Assembly: GCA_050015075.1 (NCBI GenBank)
Contig: JBEKCB010000003.1
Location: 171,214-235,213, forward strand
From: Candidatus Brocadiia bacterium
GTDB lineage: Bacteria > Planctomycetota > Brocadiia > CAIUPP01
Direction: 5' to 3'
Length of the DNA stretch: 64,000 nt
Part shown: positions 27,433-37,000 of the stretch, piece by piece
Numbering within the stretch: the stretch's first letter is position 1
How the letters are laid out: each line of letters opens with the position of its first letter
Position numbers and translations under genes: made by a program
The notes under the pieces: generated by a model
What the model saw: the letters and a program-made list of their open reading frames with translations, nothing else
What the model was told of the DNA's origin: nothing
Database searches by the model: none

Positions 27433-27999
27433 ATGGCGTTTTCGCGCGTCAGGTCGTTGGTCCTGGCCGGGCTGTTGGCGATGCTGCTCCTCTCGAGCGG
27501 CTGCGCGTATATGCATGACCGCGGCCACGACGCGCTCAACATCTTCGACATCGGCTTCACGGTGACGAAGGAACCGCACTTCGGAATCTACGCCGGCTTC
27601 AACAGCATCCTCGCGCTCGGCTACATAGACATGCCGGAAGGCTGGCTGCTCGGCCTGGGCCACACGCATTTCGGCGCGCTCGACATGCGTTATCACGGCG
27701 GCGGCATGCTCCTCGAAGGATACGAGACACAGGGCTACGACGATTTCGACAAGAACGATCCGGCTTCGCCCCGCGAACGCGGCATGGCACTGGGACTTCT
27801 CTATTCGCACACGCCGCGCACGATCCCCGAGGCGATGCAGTGCAACAAGATCGTCCACATCGGCTGGATCGGGTTCGACCTGAATTGCAAGATCGGCGGG
27901 CTGCTGAATTTCCTCGTCGGCTGGACGACCTTCAGCCTCGACCGATGGGAATGTTTCGGCTCGGGCAAGTACCTTCCCGAGCCTCCGCCGATCAAATGA
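27433..27999 (+). CDS. Putative lipoprotein
   Basis: RBS aggagg, lipobox LSSGC; TTGACA-17-TATCCT promoter at 27304-27332. Confidence 0.75.
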   Translation: MAFSRVRSLVLAGLLAMLLLSSGCAYMHDRGHDALNIFDIGFTVTKEPHFGIYAGFNSILALGYIDMPEGWLLGLGHTHFGALDMRYHGGGMLLEGYETQGYDDFDKNDPASPRERGMALGLLYSHTPRTIPEAMQCNKIVHIGWIGFDLNCKIGGLLNFLVGWTTFSLDRWECFGSGKYLPEPPPIK

Positions 28000-28086
28000 C
28001 GCGGGACGGGCGGGCGGCGGCGGTCCATCGTCCATGGTCCGCCGCTCATCGGGTGTCGGCATCAGTGCACAAGGGGATGCGCGGCG

Positions 28087-29541
28087 ATGATTCACGACGC
28101 AACATATTTCGCGGCGCGCGCCAGGCTGGCGGCGAAGCACGGCTCGGAGCCGTGCCTCGACGCGCGTAACCGCATCGTCGGCGCCGGCCGCGCGGTGCCC
28201 ATCTCCGGCGGGCGGCGCGTCATGTACGTCAACTTCGACAACGCGGCCACGACCCCGGCGCTCAAGGACGTCGCCGACTGCGTCGTCGAGTTCCTCGACT
28301 GGTACGGCTCGGTGCATCGCGGCACCGGCGCGCGCTCGCACGTCTCCACGCACTGTTACGACCGCAGCCGCGAAATCATCGCCGCGTTCGTCGGCGCCGA
28401 CCCGGATTACCACACCGCGATCTTCACCCGCAACACCACCGACTCGATCAACAAGCTCGCCGGCGTGCTCTCGCGCGAGGAGCGCCCCCTGGTGCTCTGC
28501 ACGGTCCTCGAACACCACTCGAACCTGCTCCCGTGGCGGAGGAACGCCGGCCGCGTCGAGTGCGTGGACTGCCGCGCCTCCGACGCGTCGCTCGACCTGG
28601 AGCAGCTCGAGCGGAAACTGCGCGAGCACTCCGGCGCCGTCCGGCTCGTCGCCGTGACGGGCGCCTCGAACGTCACCGGCTTCGCCCCGCCGATCCACGA
28701 CATCGCGCGGCTGGCGCACCGGCACGGCGCGGAGATCTTCGTGGACGCCGCGCAGCTCGCCGCCCATCATCCGCTCGACATGGGCAGGCCGGGCGAGCCG
28801 GAAAGCCTCGACTACGTCGCCTTCAGCGCGCACAAGATGTACGCGCCGTTCGGCGCGGGGATCCTGGTCGGGCCGAAAGCGGCGTTCGAGCGCGGCGAGC
28901 CGACCCAGGTCGGCGGCGGCACCGTGCGGCTCGTCTCGGACGACCGCATCATCTGGGCGGACGCGCCCGCGCGCGAGGAGGGCGGCACGCCGAACCTCGT
29001 CGGCGCGGTGGCGATGGCCAAGGCCGCGCAGGTGCTCGGCGAGATCGGCATGGGCCGCGTGGCCGCGCACGAGTGGGCGCTGCGGACGCACATGGTTGAT
29101 TTGCTGCGCGGCATCCCGCGCGTGCGCCTCTTCGGAGCGGAGCCGCCGGCGGACCATTCGCAGGTCAGCATCGTCGGGTTCACGGCCGACGGGATGGACC
29201 ATGGCCTGCTGGCCGCCGCGCTCGGGCACGAGTGGGGCATCGGCCTGCGGCACGGCTGCTTCTGCGCGCACCCGTACGTCCTGCGCCTGCTCGGCGTCGG
29301 CCCGCAGGAAGTCGAGCGGCTCGCCCGCAAGGCCGAACTCAACGACCGCTCCGGCTTCCCCGGCCTGGTGCGGATCAGCCTGGGTCTGTACAACACGCGG
29401 CAGGAGGTGGACTACGTCGCCGAGGCCGTCCGCGACCTCCTCGACCGCGGCCCTCGCGAGCGCTACGTCTTCGACCGCCGCACCGGCGAATACACCCCCG
29501 AATCCGGCTGCGTCTGGCCGGAAGAATGCTGCCCGCTGTAG
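28087..29541 (+). CDS. Class V PLP aminotransferase / cysteine desulfurase-like
   Basis: NFDNAATTP, EHHSNLLPW, VDAAQ, FSAHKMYAPFGAG, EGGTPN, RHGCFCAHP. Confidence 0.9.
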   Translation: MIHDATYFAARARLAAKHGSEPCLDARNRIVGAGRAVPISGGRRVMYVNFDNAATTPALKDVADCVVEFLDWYGSVHRGTGARSHVSTHCYDRSREIIAAFVGADPDYHTAIFTRNTTDSINKLAGVLSREERPLVLCTVLEHHSNLLPWRRNAGRVECVDCRASDASLDLEQLERKLREHSGAVRLVAVTGASNVTGFAPPIHDIARLAHRHGAEIFVDAAQLAAHHPLDMGRPGEPESLDYVAFSAHKMYAPFGAGILVGPKAAFERGEPTQVGGGTVRLVSDDRIIWADAPAREEGGTPNLVGAVAMAKAAQVLGEIGMGRVAAHEWALRTHMVDLLRGIPRVRLFGAEPPADHSQVSIVGFTADGMDHGLLAAALGHEWGIGLRHGCFCAHPYVLRLLGVGPQEVERLARKAELNDRSGFPGLVRISLGLYNTRQEVDYVAEAVRDLLDRGPRERYVFDRRTGEYTPESGCVWPEECCPL

Positions 29542-30008
29542 GACCGCAACGCGACGCCCCGGTGAACCGTTTCAGGAATAAGGCCCGCGCCGCCAGGCGC
29601 GCCTCCACTTGCGAAAGGCTGCGCCCGCCGCGCGCCAAGCCGGTTCCCATGCAGTCCTAGCGCGTCCCTACGAACTCGCGCCGCAGACGTCTCGGAAGTT
29701 AAGGCCGTTCGAAGAAGTATGCATGAATCGCTGGCCACATAGGTCACTAAGCGAACCACGTCGGATTCTCGTCCCAATCATCCGCGCGAGGGGCGCGCGT
29801 GGGCGTATCGTCTTTCAGAACACCGTCTTACGCACCTGCTGACGGGCAACTCGCCGAAATAACCTGCGCGAACTCTACGCCAGGGTACCGCCAACAAGTG
29901 CCAAGCCCTCGCCGCCTGGCAGAAATCTTCGCCGCGCTAGCGTCGTCGGAAGACATTAAGTATACTGTCCGTCAAACCTGTTAACAGGACATAGGAATCG
30001 GGGGCTCT

Positions 30009-31322
30009 GTGCGTACACTTACGTCCACACAGTTTCGCGACGCGCTCGCCAAAGGACTTGGGCGAGCTGTCGAGCATGTCCGCAGCCAGCCTGCGCGATC
30101 CGTTCGCGGTGATCTGCTTTACGCCTGTCTGCACAACCTCCGCTACGATTACTGGTTCGAGGAAGGGCGTGACGACTGGCTGATGGAGTTGATCAACTTG
30201 ACCGGCGACGCAGAGTTCTATCGTTGCCGGATTGTGCGCGCGCTCGCGAAGGCCAGGAAGCGCAAAGATGTGGACCAACTTTTCGTTTTGGCAGCCCTGT
30301 TCGCCGGACGCGGCGATGCGGAATCACGACAGGCCGTCTATGAGCGTTTTGACCGCTTTGAGCCCCAACTCAACTGGATGCGCTACAAGGCTGTCGTCCT
30401 GGCCGACGGGATGAGGGGCCTCGAACATATAGTCGAACGGGTCGGTGAGTACGCGCGGCTTGGACACGAAGTCAGAGATCCTGCGGCGGCATACGAAGTC
30501 GCCAGGATTCGATTTGGCGTCAGGCGCGTCCGTGCGGCATTGCGAAAGTGGGCGGCGCGCAGCCAAAACGCGAGGGCCTACATGGAACTCGTCCTTCCCA
30601 AGGTGCAGTCCAGGCGCTGGAGCCCGCTCCGCAAAGTTCCCCCGACGGCCACGTTAGTCCGCAAGATCATGGGCGAACCGGTGGACCACAGGTACATCGG
30701 GGTGCTCCATGCGCACGGCACGAAGGAGCAAATCGCGGACTTCTACCGGCAGATTCTGCGGGAGAAGTACCTGGATCGAGTGTGGCGAGGCCTGAAGTTC
30801 TTCTCCTCCTGGCCTCCTTTGCCCTGGTTGGAGCCGGCGCTCTTCCGCTGGGCGCGTTCGCGCAGACGACGGTTGCGAAGTGTCGCGATTAACGCGTTGG
30901 CCTCCGTGCAAGCGCCGGAGGTGCGTGAATTTGCTCTCGGCGCTCTACAGGACAAACGGCTGTCGTGGCGATGGAACGCGCTGAGGCTTCTTCAATGGAA
31001 CTTCGTCCGAGGCGACGGACGCTGGCTGGAGCCTCTCCTTCGATCCGTCCGCGACAGGAATACCATCCATGAGATCACGGTGGCCCTCCGCGACATCGCC
31101 AAGGGAAAGCGGTATCGTGATCTGAGAAGTTGCTTCATCTGGGGATACGAACAGACCCCATGTTCATTCTGCAGGAGATGCCTTGTCGAGACGCTCATTG
31201 AACGCGGCTGCGCTCCGCGTTGGTTGTTGGGGGAATGCCTCTCCGACTTCAATGACGATACGCGCGAGTTCGCGCGAAAGGCGCTGCATGCGCTTGGCGT
31301 CGAGCCGACGGGGCATGACTGA
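30009..31322 (+). CDS. Hypothetical Arg-rich helical (HEAT-like) protein
   Basis: 437-aa ORF; KGLGRA N-terminus, C-terminal YEQTPCSFCR; codon usage less GC3-biased than neighbours. Confidence 0.7.
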   Translation: MRTLTSTQFRDALAKGLGRAVEHVRSQPARSVRGDLLYACLHNLRYDYWFEEGRDDWLMELINLTGDAEFYRCRIVRALAKARKRKDVDQLFVLAALFAGRGDAESRQAVYERFDRFEPQLNWMRYKAVVLADGMRGLEHIVERVGEYARLGHEVRDPAAAYEVARIRFGVRRVRAALRKWAARSQNARAYMELVLPKVQSRRWSPLRKVPPTATLVRKIMGEPVDHRYIGVLHAHGTKEQIADFYRQILREKYLDRVWRGLKFFSSWPPLPWLEPALFRWARSRRRRLRSVAINALASVQAPEVREFALGALQDKRLSWRWNALRLLQWNFVRGDGRWLEPLLRSVRDRNTIHEITVALRDIAKGKRYRDLRSCFIWGYEQTPCSFCRRCLVETLIERGCAPRWLLGECLSDFNDDTREFARKALHALGVEPTGHD

Positions 31323-31382
31323 ACGAACCACGTCTATCCCCAGACGCGCGCATACGGCCCATCCAAGTGCAGGCGGAAAATG

Positions 31383-31540
31383 GAGCGGGCCGAACCCTTC
31401 GGCTTGGCCCGTTCTCGGTAGACCACATTTTCGCAGCAGTGACCATTCTCTGGACGGTCGCCCCGGCCTTCGCCAGGTCCGTTTTTGCGCCCGCAAGGCT
31501 CCGGTTTGCTGTAACGAACCAGATGGCTGGCCATCCGACA
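31383..31540 (-). pseudogene. Degenerate, internally deleted copy of the 33590-34060 segment
   Basis: Shares gggccgaacccttcggct(t/c)ggcccgt, tagacc..ttcgcagc, cggccttcgccaggtccg and gatggctggccatcc with 33590-34060. Confidence 0.65.
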
Positions 31541-31849
31541 CCGGCAGCGAACTCCGGCTGTCATTTCCTCTGGTCCGCAGGCGGGTTGCTCGCGGCAGAA
31601 TCCTTGTCGAAACGGACTCGACACGCTGATTGCGCCAGGCACTTAAACCGCTCCGGCTCATTCTGCCATTCACCCGTGTCAAAATTGCACACGGGCGAAT
31701 CACTTTCCAAGCCTCGAACGATGTCGAAAGCGACCACACTCTCGACACGACTTTAACCTGTGATCTCCAGACCCCCGGTCTGGAATCTGAACGGCGTTAG
31801 TCAGTATGGCGTATAGAGTTACGACGGGTGCCAGATGGGCTACTGACCG

Positions 31850-32695
31850 CTATGCTGTCATCGCGGCCGACAATTGCGTTCGAACGGGTCGGCGGGTTCT
31901 GCCATCCAAATTCGGGATGATGAAGATGGCGGCACCTTCGCTGACGGGCGTATCGAGCGCGACGGACACGCCGTTCACCCAAAGAGTGCCCAATCGGGCG
32001 AAACCACCGTAAAATTCCTCGGCCGCTTCCATGAGCGTTCCCTCGTGTCCTAACAACTTTCCGGAGCTTGGAGAGGAGAAAGCGTCCTGCACGGTGCCGC
32101 TCTCACGCGCCTCCACAGTGAGCGGCGCGAGCACACTGCGCGTTCCCTCCAAATCAATGCCAAGACTTGCGCAGACTCTGCGCCAGCGCGCCCTCATGTC
32201 CGGCGCAAAGAGATATGGAACATAGCCGAGGCCCAGGTAGACCTTGATCGCCGCAAGCCGGAAATCATCCGTTCGGAGGCACACCCATTGCCGTCCGCTT
32301 TCGATAAAGCGTCGAGTCGCCGCCGCACAGACCGCATAACCCAGCCCTTTGCCTCTATGCTCCGGGTCGGCGGCAACCCAGTTCAACTCGCCGCCTTCTA
32401 TAAAACCGTCCAGTGGCACGCGCTGCGCTATGGCCGAAGCCGCAATGCGGTCTGTCTGGATATGTCTGATAACCAGGAATCCATCCGGCAGGGACTTTTC
32501 GATCGCCTCGGCGAGTTCTTTCTCTCCCCATTCGGCGAAGCCCGCAGTATGCATAAGCCGGAGGTGCTCGGCGGCGTCGCCAAGCCGGAAGGTGCAAAGC
32601 GCATATCCTTCCGGTAGAGGCCGGACCGGCGGTCTGGTGGCCGCCTCTCGCGGCCACCAGATCATGGCAAGTTGCTCCACGGTGTTGGCATTCAC
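31850..32695 (-). CDS. GNAT acetyltransferase with a C-terminal MoaD/ThiS-like segment
   Basis: WVAADPEHRGKGLG, LRTDDFRLAAIKVYLGLGY; tail VNGVSVALDTPVSEGAAIFIIP. Confidence 0.8.
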   Translation of the reverse strand: MNANTVEQLAMIWWPREAATRPPVRPLPEGYALCTFRLGDAAEHLRLMHTAGFAEWGEKELAEAIEKSLPDGFLVIRHIQTDRIAASAIAQRVPLDGFIEGGELNWVAADPEHRGKGLGYAVCAAATRRFIESGRQWVCLRTDDFRLAAIKVYLGLGYVPYLFAPDMRARWRRVCASLGIDLEGTRSVLAPLTVEARESGTVQDAFSSPSSGKLLGHEGTLMEAAEEFYGGFARLGTLWVNGVSVALDTPVSEGAAIFIIPNLDGRTRRPVRTQLSAAMTA

Positions 32696-32765
32696 CGATA
32701 CAACCGACTTTCTTCCAGGAATTTCGCATCCTCGGAACTCTTGAGTTCGGCCCGCCAGTGGTCAT

Positions 32766-33269
32766 TCAGGCCGTGAACTCTACGCCGTTGCTCTGGGTGC
32801 TCGTGGATTGTCCTGTCCCGTTCTGGTTGGCCTCGGCCAGGAGCTGATTGAGCAGCGTCGTACTGCTGTTCGTCGCGGTCGAAGCGCCGCTCTGTGATGC
32901 GCTGGTGCCGTTCGCGCCGCGATGATGATGATGGTGGCCCTGCGCCTTCTGCGCCATCAACTGCTTGAGGGCGGTAGCAAACTGGCTCTGAGTCATCTGC
33001 CCGTTACTGCTCGAACCGGTAATCTGCTGGAATAGCTGGTCTGCTGCTGAAGTGGCCGAAGACGTCGAACTGGATGTCTGTCCGCTCTGGGACGACGTTC
33101 CGTTCATGAACTGATTGTAAAAGGTCTCAAACTGCGCCTCGGAAATCGTGCCGCCGCTGGTCCCGCCGGCAGCCTGGAACAGATTCTGCACCATCTGCTG
33201 CTGCATGGCCGCCCAATTGGCCTGAGACGTCGCCGAACTTCCCTGCGACCCGGAAATAGCGCTTGCCAC
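32766..33269 (-). CDS. Ser/Gln/Thr-rich low-complexity protein with degenerate EF-hand-like motifs and a His tract
   Basis: GTISEAQFE, GQMTQSQFAT, GHHHHHRG; GTG start after ggaggg. Confidence 0.7.
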   Translation of the reverse strand: MASAISGSQGSSATSQANWAAMQQQMVQNLFQAAGGTSGGTISEAQFETFYNQFMNGTSSQSGQTSSSTSSATSAADQLFQQITGSSSNGQMTQSQFATALKQLMAQKAQGHHHHHRGANGTSASQSGASTATNSSTTLLNQLLAEANQNGTGQSTSTQSNGVEFTA

Positions 33270-33414
33270 GTCTTTACCCTCCATTCCTGCAAAACTGTGC
33301 TGCCTTGGGTGTCGGCGTCGGCCGATCCACAACTGTCGGCAGCGCGGGAAAACGCAACGACCTGACTAGTTTTTCAACGTCAAGGCCCGTTCGTGAGAGC
33401 AACATACCGCATTC

Positions 33415-33431
33415 AGCAATAACCGTGCCAA
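33415..33431 (-). promoter_or_regulatory. Sigma54 promoter
   Basis: Minus strand TTGGCACGGTTATTGCT, full TGGCACG-N4-TTGCW consensus, about 145 nt upstream of the 33269 start. Confidence 0.75.
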
Positions 33432-33590
33432 GGCAGAAGAAGCGCTGATACACCTGTCCGGGATTTACTGCTATAAAACAGAGCCAGCACGTTTTTCAGG
33501 TCTCGCGCTGAAATTACTATCGTTAGAATCCTGAGCCGCTTATGATAATATTCAAGATTTCTCTCAAACCGCTCTAGGTCCGTATAGAGA

Positions 33591-33626
33591 CGGGACGGGC
33601 CGAACCCTTCGGCTCGGCCCGTCCCG
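33591..33626 (-). terminator. GC-rich hairpin just after the stop of the 33633-33971 ORF
   Basis: cgggacgggccga...tcggcccgtcccg 13-bp stem; no clear U tract. Confidence 0.5.
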
Positions 33627-33632
33627 GTTTCT

Positions 33633-33971
33633 CTAGACCGCCTTCTTCGCAGCGGTAACGAGGCTCTCCACAGTCGCTTCGGCCTTCGCCAGGTCCGCCT
33701 TCGCGTCCGCAAGCGCCGTGGAGAGGCTGCCATGCGCCTTCACGACTTCGTAGACGATGCAGCCAAGCGCCGCGACGACCACGAAGCAGACGATGCCTAG
33801 GCCGATGCCGGCGACGATCTTCTCGTAGCGCATCAGGGCCAGCAGGACGGCGAGCATGACCGTAAAGGTCGCGGTCAGCGCCCAGCTCAGGAAGCCCTGG
33901 ATTGTCATGTAGACGCTGATGGCAATGAAGATCAGCGAGATCACGATCCCGATTCGGAAGGTCGCGTTCAT
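33633..33971 (-). CDS. Small membrane protein with coiled-coil tail, possibly 5'-truncated
   Basis: Three hydrophobic segments plus LADAKADLAKAE; coding-like frame continues upstream to an in-frame TAA near 34033. Confidence 0.6.
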   Translation of the reverse strand: MNATFRIGIVISLIFIAISVYMTIQGFLSWALTATFTVMLAVLLALMRYEKIVAGIGLGIVCFVVVAALGCIVYEVVKAHGSLSTALADAKADLAKAEATVESLVTAAKKAV

Positions 33972-34204
33972 ACTCGCCTCGGCCGCCGACTTCAGGTCGG
34001 CGATCTGCTTGTTCAGGGCGTCGAACTTACCTTAACGCACTGGATGGCTGGCCATCCAGGACTCTAACCTGAGGCTAGGTCGAGCGCCTCGGGCTGAACA
34101 AAATGCTGGATTTCGGGGCTGGCGGGTCGCGCGACAGTGTCCGTCGCGCCGCCGGCGGCAGATGTGCAGCAGGAACCCGGCTCAGTGCCGCGCGCAGGCA
34201 AAGA

Positions 34205-34435
34205 CTACGACGCAGCCTCTATGGCGCGGTACACTTTTCCACGCCGTTGAAGCCATCGGACGTCCCCTCGTTCAGCGTGCCTCTGAACATCGCGCAGCAA
34301 GCGGACTGTTTCGCTCTCGAAGCACGCCTCGCTTGGGTCTTCGTCCGGGAATACGGCCTCGACTTCCACGGCCACCACAAATCTCGGCGTTCTCACCAGC
34401 CGAATACGGTTGACGCGCTTGCCGGGAATCCTCAT
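34205..34435 (-). CDS. Small putative antitoxin partner of the DUF4258 gene
   Basis: 76 aa, ATGA overlap with the upstream ORF. Confidence 0.65.
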   Translation of the reverse strand: MRIPGKRVNRIRLVRTPRFVVAVEVEAVFPDEDPSEACFESETVRLLRDVQRHAERGDVRWLQRRGKVYRAIEAAS

Positions 34436-34725
34436 TTGTCACCTTCCTCAATAAAGTGCACAGTGACCAACTTGGCCACGCCGCTTTGCGCAAGAAGCGC
34501 CCAGACGGCTTTGACCTCTGTCCCATCGGGCAATACGACCAGGATCTCGACAGCCGGGTTGGGTTTGCCATCCGGCCGTTCAAGCAGCAATCGGCCCTCC
34601 GCCACTCCCGATACGACCTGCCATTCCAGGAAACCGCGCTCTTCGAGCCGCTCAACGGCATGTTCGCCGACAATGTACTTCTCGTCGGCCACAAGCTTCC
34701 GGACACGGTCGAACAACCGGCCCAT
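34432..34725 (-). CDS. DUF4258-family putative RNase toxin
   Basis: YIVGEHAVERLEERG and C-terminal KLVTVH. Confidence 0.75.
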   Translation of the reverse strand: MGRLFDRVRKLVADEKYIVGEHAVERLEERGFLEWQVVSGVAEGRLLLERPDGKPNPAVEILVVLPDGTEVKAVWALLAQSGVAKLVTVHFIEEGDK

Positions 34726-35031
34726 TGAGGATCTCTCGCCTGAAGCGACCCGTGAAGCGCCTACACACTGTGGGCGGACGAACCAGACGCGCGCTCTTTC
34801 CTTAAGCTACACACCGTTCAGTTGAAATGCAAGGCGATGCTCTCAGGCCCCGGGCAATGCTCAAGCGGGGTCGAAGGCCGCCGGGCAATGGGCGTTTTTC
34901 GACGGAAGCACACACCTTCCCTGTTGGCTGCCTAGCCTGCCGGACCGGACCGGCAATGGGCGCCGGAAATCCGGCGCGCGATAAACCGCTGGCCGGAACC
35001 GGCCTCCTCTGGTAGAATAACTGTTGGAGAA

Positions 35032-35445
35032 GCGAAAGTCGGCAGGGCGGCCGTCGCGGCGTGGGCGTCCGGTTGCGTTCTCGCCGGACCGTCCGGATGC
35101 CGCGGAGGAAAGTCCGAGCTCCACAGGGCGGAGCGGTTTCTAACGGAAACCGGGAGTGATCCCAGGGAAAGTGCCACAGAAAACATACCGCCTCGCGCTT
35201 GATGCGAGGTAAGGGTGAAAAGGTGAGGCAAGAGCTCACCGCGCTCCTGGTGACAGGAGCGGCAGGGCAAACCCCGCTCGGAGAAAGGCCAAATAGGGGA
35301 GCATGAGGCGGCCCGCCTCGTTAGGACTCCCGGGTAGGCCGTTCGAGGTCCGTCGCAAGGCGGATCCTAGATACATGGTCGCCGCCTCCCGCTTTGCCTC
35401 GGCAACGCGGGAGGAGACAAGACTCGGCTTACGGCCGGCTTTCGC
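35032..35445 (+). ncRNA. rnpB: RNase P RNA (type A)
   Basis: GAGGAAAGTCCGAGCTCC, GGGAAAGTGCCACAGAAA, GGGTGAAAAGGTG, GGCAAACCCC, ACAAGACTCGGCTTAC; P1 gcgaaagtcggc/gccggctttcgc; TAGAAT -10 at 35013. Confidence 0.97.
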
Positions 35446-35519
35446 CCTCTGACGTTTCCTCGCCGCGACGGAGCCGCCGCGAAAAAACGCGATTCCATGC
35501 GAGGCTCTCCCTGCTAACT

Positions 35520-35752
35520 GCGACCGGCATCCCAAGTTGCTATATCCCAGCGACGTATACTGTAAGCGGATATAGTGGCGGAGAAACACAACGGAACGCC
35601 CGCGTGCAGAAACGCGCATCGCGCCGGGATTCGCCTTCCTCCCGGCGACCGATGCCCGAATCCACTATATTCTAAAGCAGTATACTCCAAGCAAATATAG
35701 CGACAGAGAAACACAACGGAATGCCCGCCCCGAAGAAACGCGCGCCGCGCCG
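35520..35752. repeat. Two diverged direct repeats (125-bp period), each with a symmetric CTATAT-N9-GTATAC-N9-ATATAG site
   Basis: Sites at 35540-35575 and 35665-35700, each followed by gagaaacacaacggaa(c/t)gcccgc. Confidence 0.85.
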
Positions 35753-35803
35753 AGGGTCTCCTTCGTGCCGGCATGACGACGGCAACGCCGTGCGCGCCCG
35801 CCC

Positions 35804-37000
35804 TCACTTCGGCCGGTCGGTCCGAACCATGCTCGTAAAGATGACCATGAGGACCGCCACGCACGCGGCGCCGACGAACACCCACGAGTAACCATAGCGG
35901 ATCCAGACCAGCCCGCCGATGGAGGGCACCGACATGGACACGGCGTGGTTGATCGTGATCCCCAGCGAGAGCGACGGCGCCACGTGCTCCGGCTTGAGCG
36001 CGATCTTCGACATGTACGTGTCGCGCGCCATGTTGACGCCGAAGAGAAGCTGGTCCGCGACGAAGCACGCGTACAGCAGCCAGAGCGCCAGCCGGTGGTT
36101 GCCGAGGTGGTCCGCGAAACCGTAGCCCGCGCAAATGCAGAAGATCAGCATCGCGTCCACCATCAGCACCTTGCGCTCGCCGAACCGGTCTATCGCGCGC
36201 CCCAGCGCCGGCTGGAACACCAGGCCCAGCACAGCTCCGGCCATGAACAGCTCGGCGAAGATGTTCGCCTCCTGGTGGAAGATCTGGACGAGCACCCACG
36301 GGCCGAAGGTGATGAAGATCTGCTTGCGCGCGCCGAAGAAGGCCGCGAGCAGGTAGTAGAGCCAGTACCGGCGCCGGAAGATGAACTTGGGCCGGCTCAG
36401 GTGCGCGCCGGGCATGCGCATGGCGAAGAAGACCGCCGCCGCGCCGAGGGCCACGACGCCGCCGATGATGTAGATGAGCCGGTAGTTCTTCGGCGACAAG
36501 TCCATGACGACCCAGATGAGCGCGTAGCCGACGATGCTCGCCGCGATGCTCGCGCCCTGGATCTGTCCCAGCCGCCGACCTTTCTTTCCGTCGGGCGCCA
36601 GGTCCATGCTGATCGAGGAGCGCACCGGCATGATCAGGTGCGAGCCGACGCTCCAGAGGATCATGAGCGCCATCATCGCCGACCAGCCGCCGCCCCAGAT
36701 CGCCACCCCGATCAGCCCCGCGCCGACGCACAACGCCGAGATCCCCGCGATGTTCGTCTCGGAGGTGAAGAACAGCAGGCCGGCGAACAGCGCGCACAGG
36801 AAGCCGGGCAGCTCGCGCGGGAATTCCAGGTTCCCGCGCGCCTCCGCCGAGAGATTGAACGTGTCGGAGAGGAAGTTGTTGAACGTGGTGTCGAACATCG
36901 TCCCGGCGAAACCCATCAGCGCCGCCCCCGCCGCGAACAGCAGCAGATTCCGGTGCGCGTTTCTGACGCGGATTCGCCAGGATTCGAGATACTGAATCAT
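35804..37000 (-). CDS. MFS transporter
   Basis: About 12 hydrophobic helices, GRAIDRFGER motif. Confidence 0.9.
   Translation of the reverse strand: MIQYLESWRIRVRNAHRNLLLFAAGAALMGFAGTMFDTTFNNFLSDTFNLSAEARGNLEFPRELPGFLCALFAGLLFFTSETNIAGISALCVGAGLIGVAIWGGGWSAMMALMILWSVGSHLIMPVRSSISMDLAPDGKKGRRLGQIQGASIAASIVGYALIWVVMDLSPKNYRLIYIIGGVVALGAAAVFFAMRMPGAHLSRPKFIFRRRYWLYYLLAAFFGARKQIFITFGPWVLVQIFHQEANIFAELFMAGAVLGLVFQPALGRAIDRFGERKVLMVDAMLIFCICAGYGFADHLGNHRLALWLLYACFVADQLLFGVNMARDTYMSKIALKPEHVAPSLSLGITINHAVSMSVPSIGGLVWIRYGYSWVFVGAACVAVLMVIFTSMVRTDRPK

Noticed and set aside
29542-30008. Short ORFs or an ncRNA in this intergenic gap
   Set aside because: No recognisable motif, codon bias or structure that I can support.
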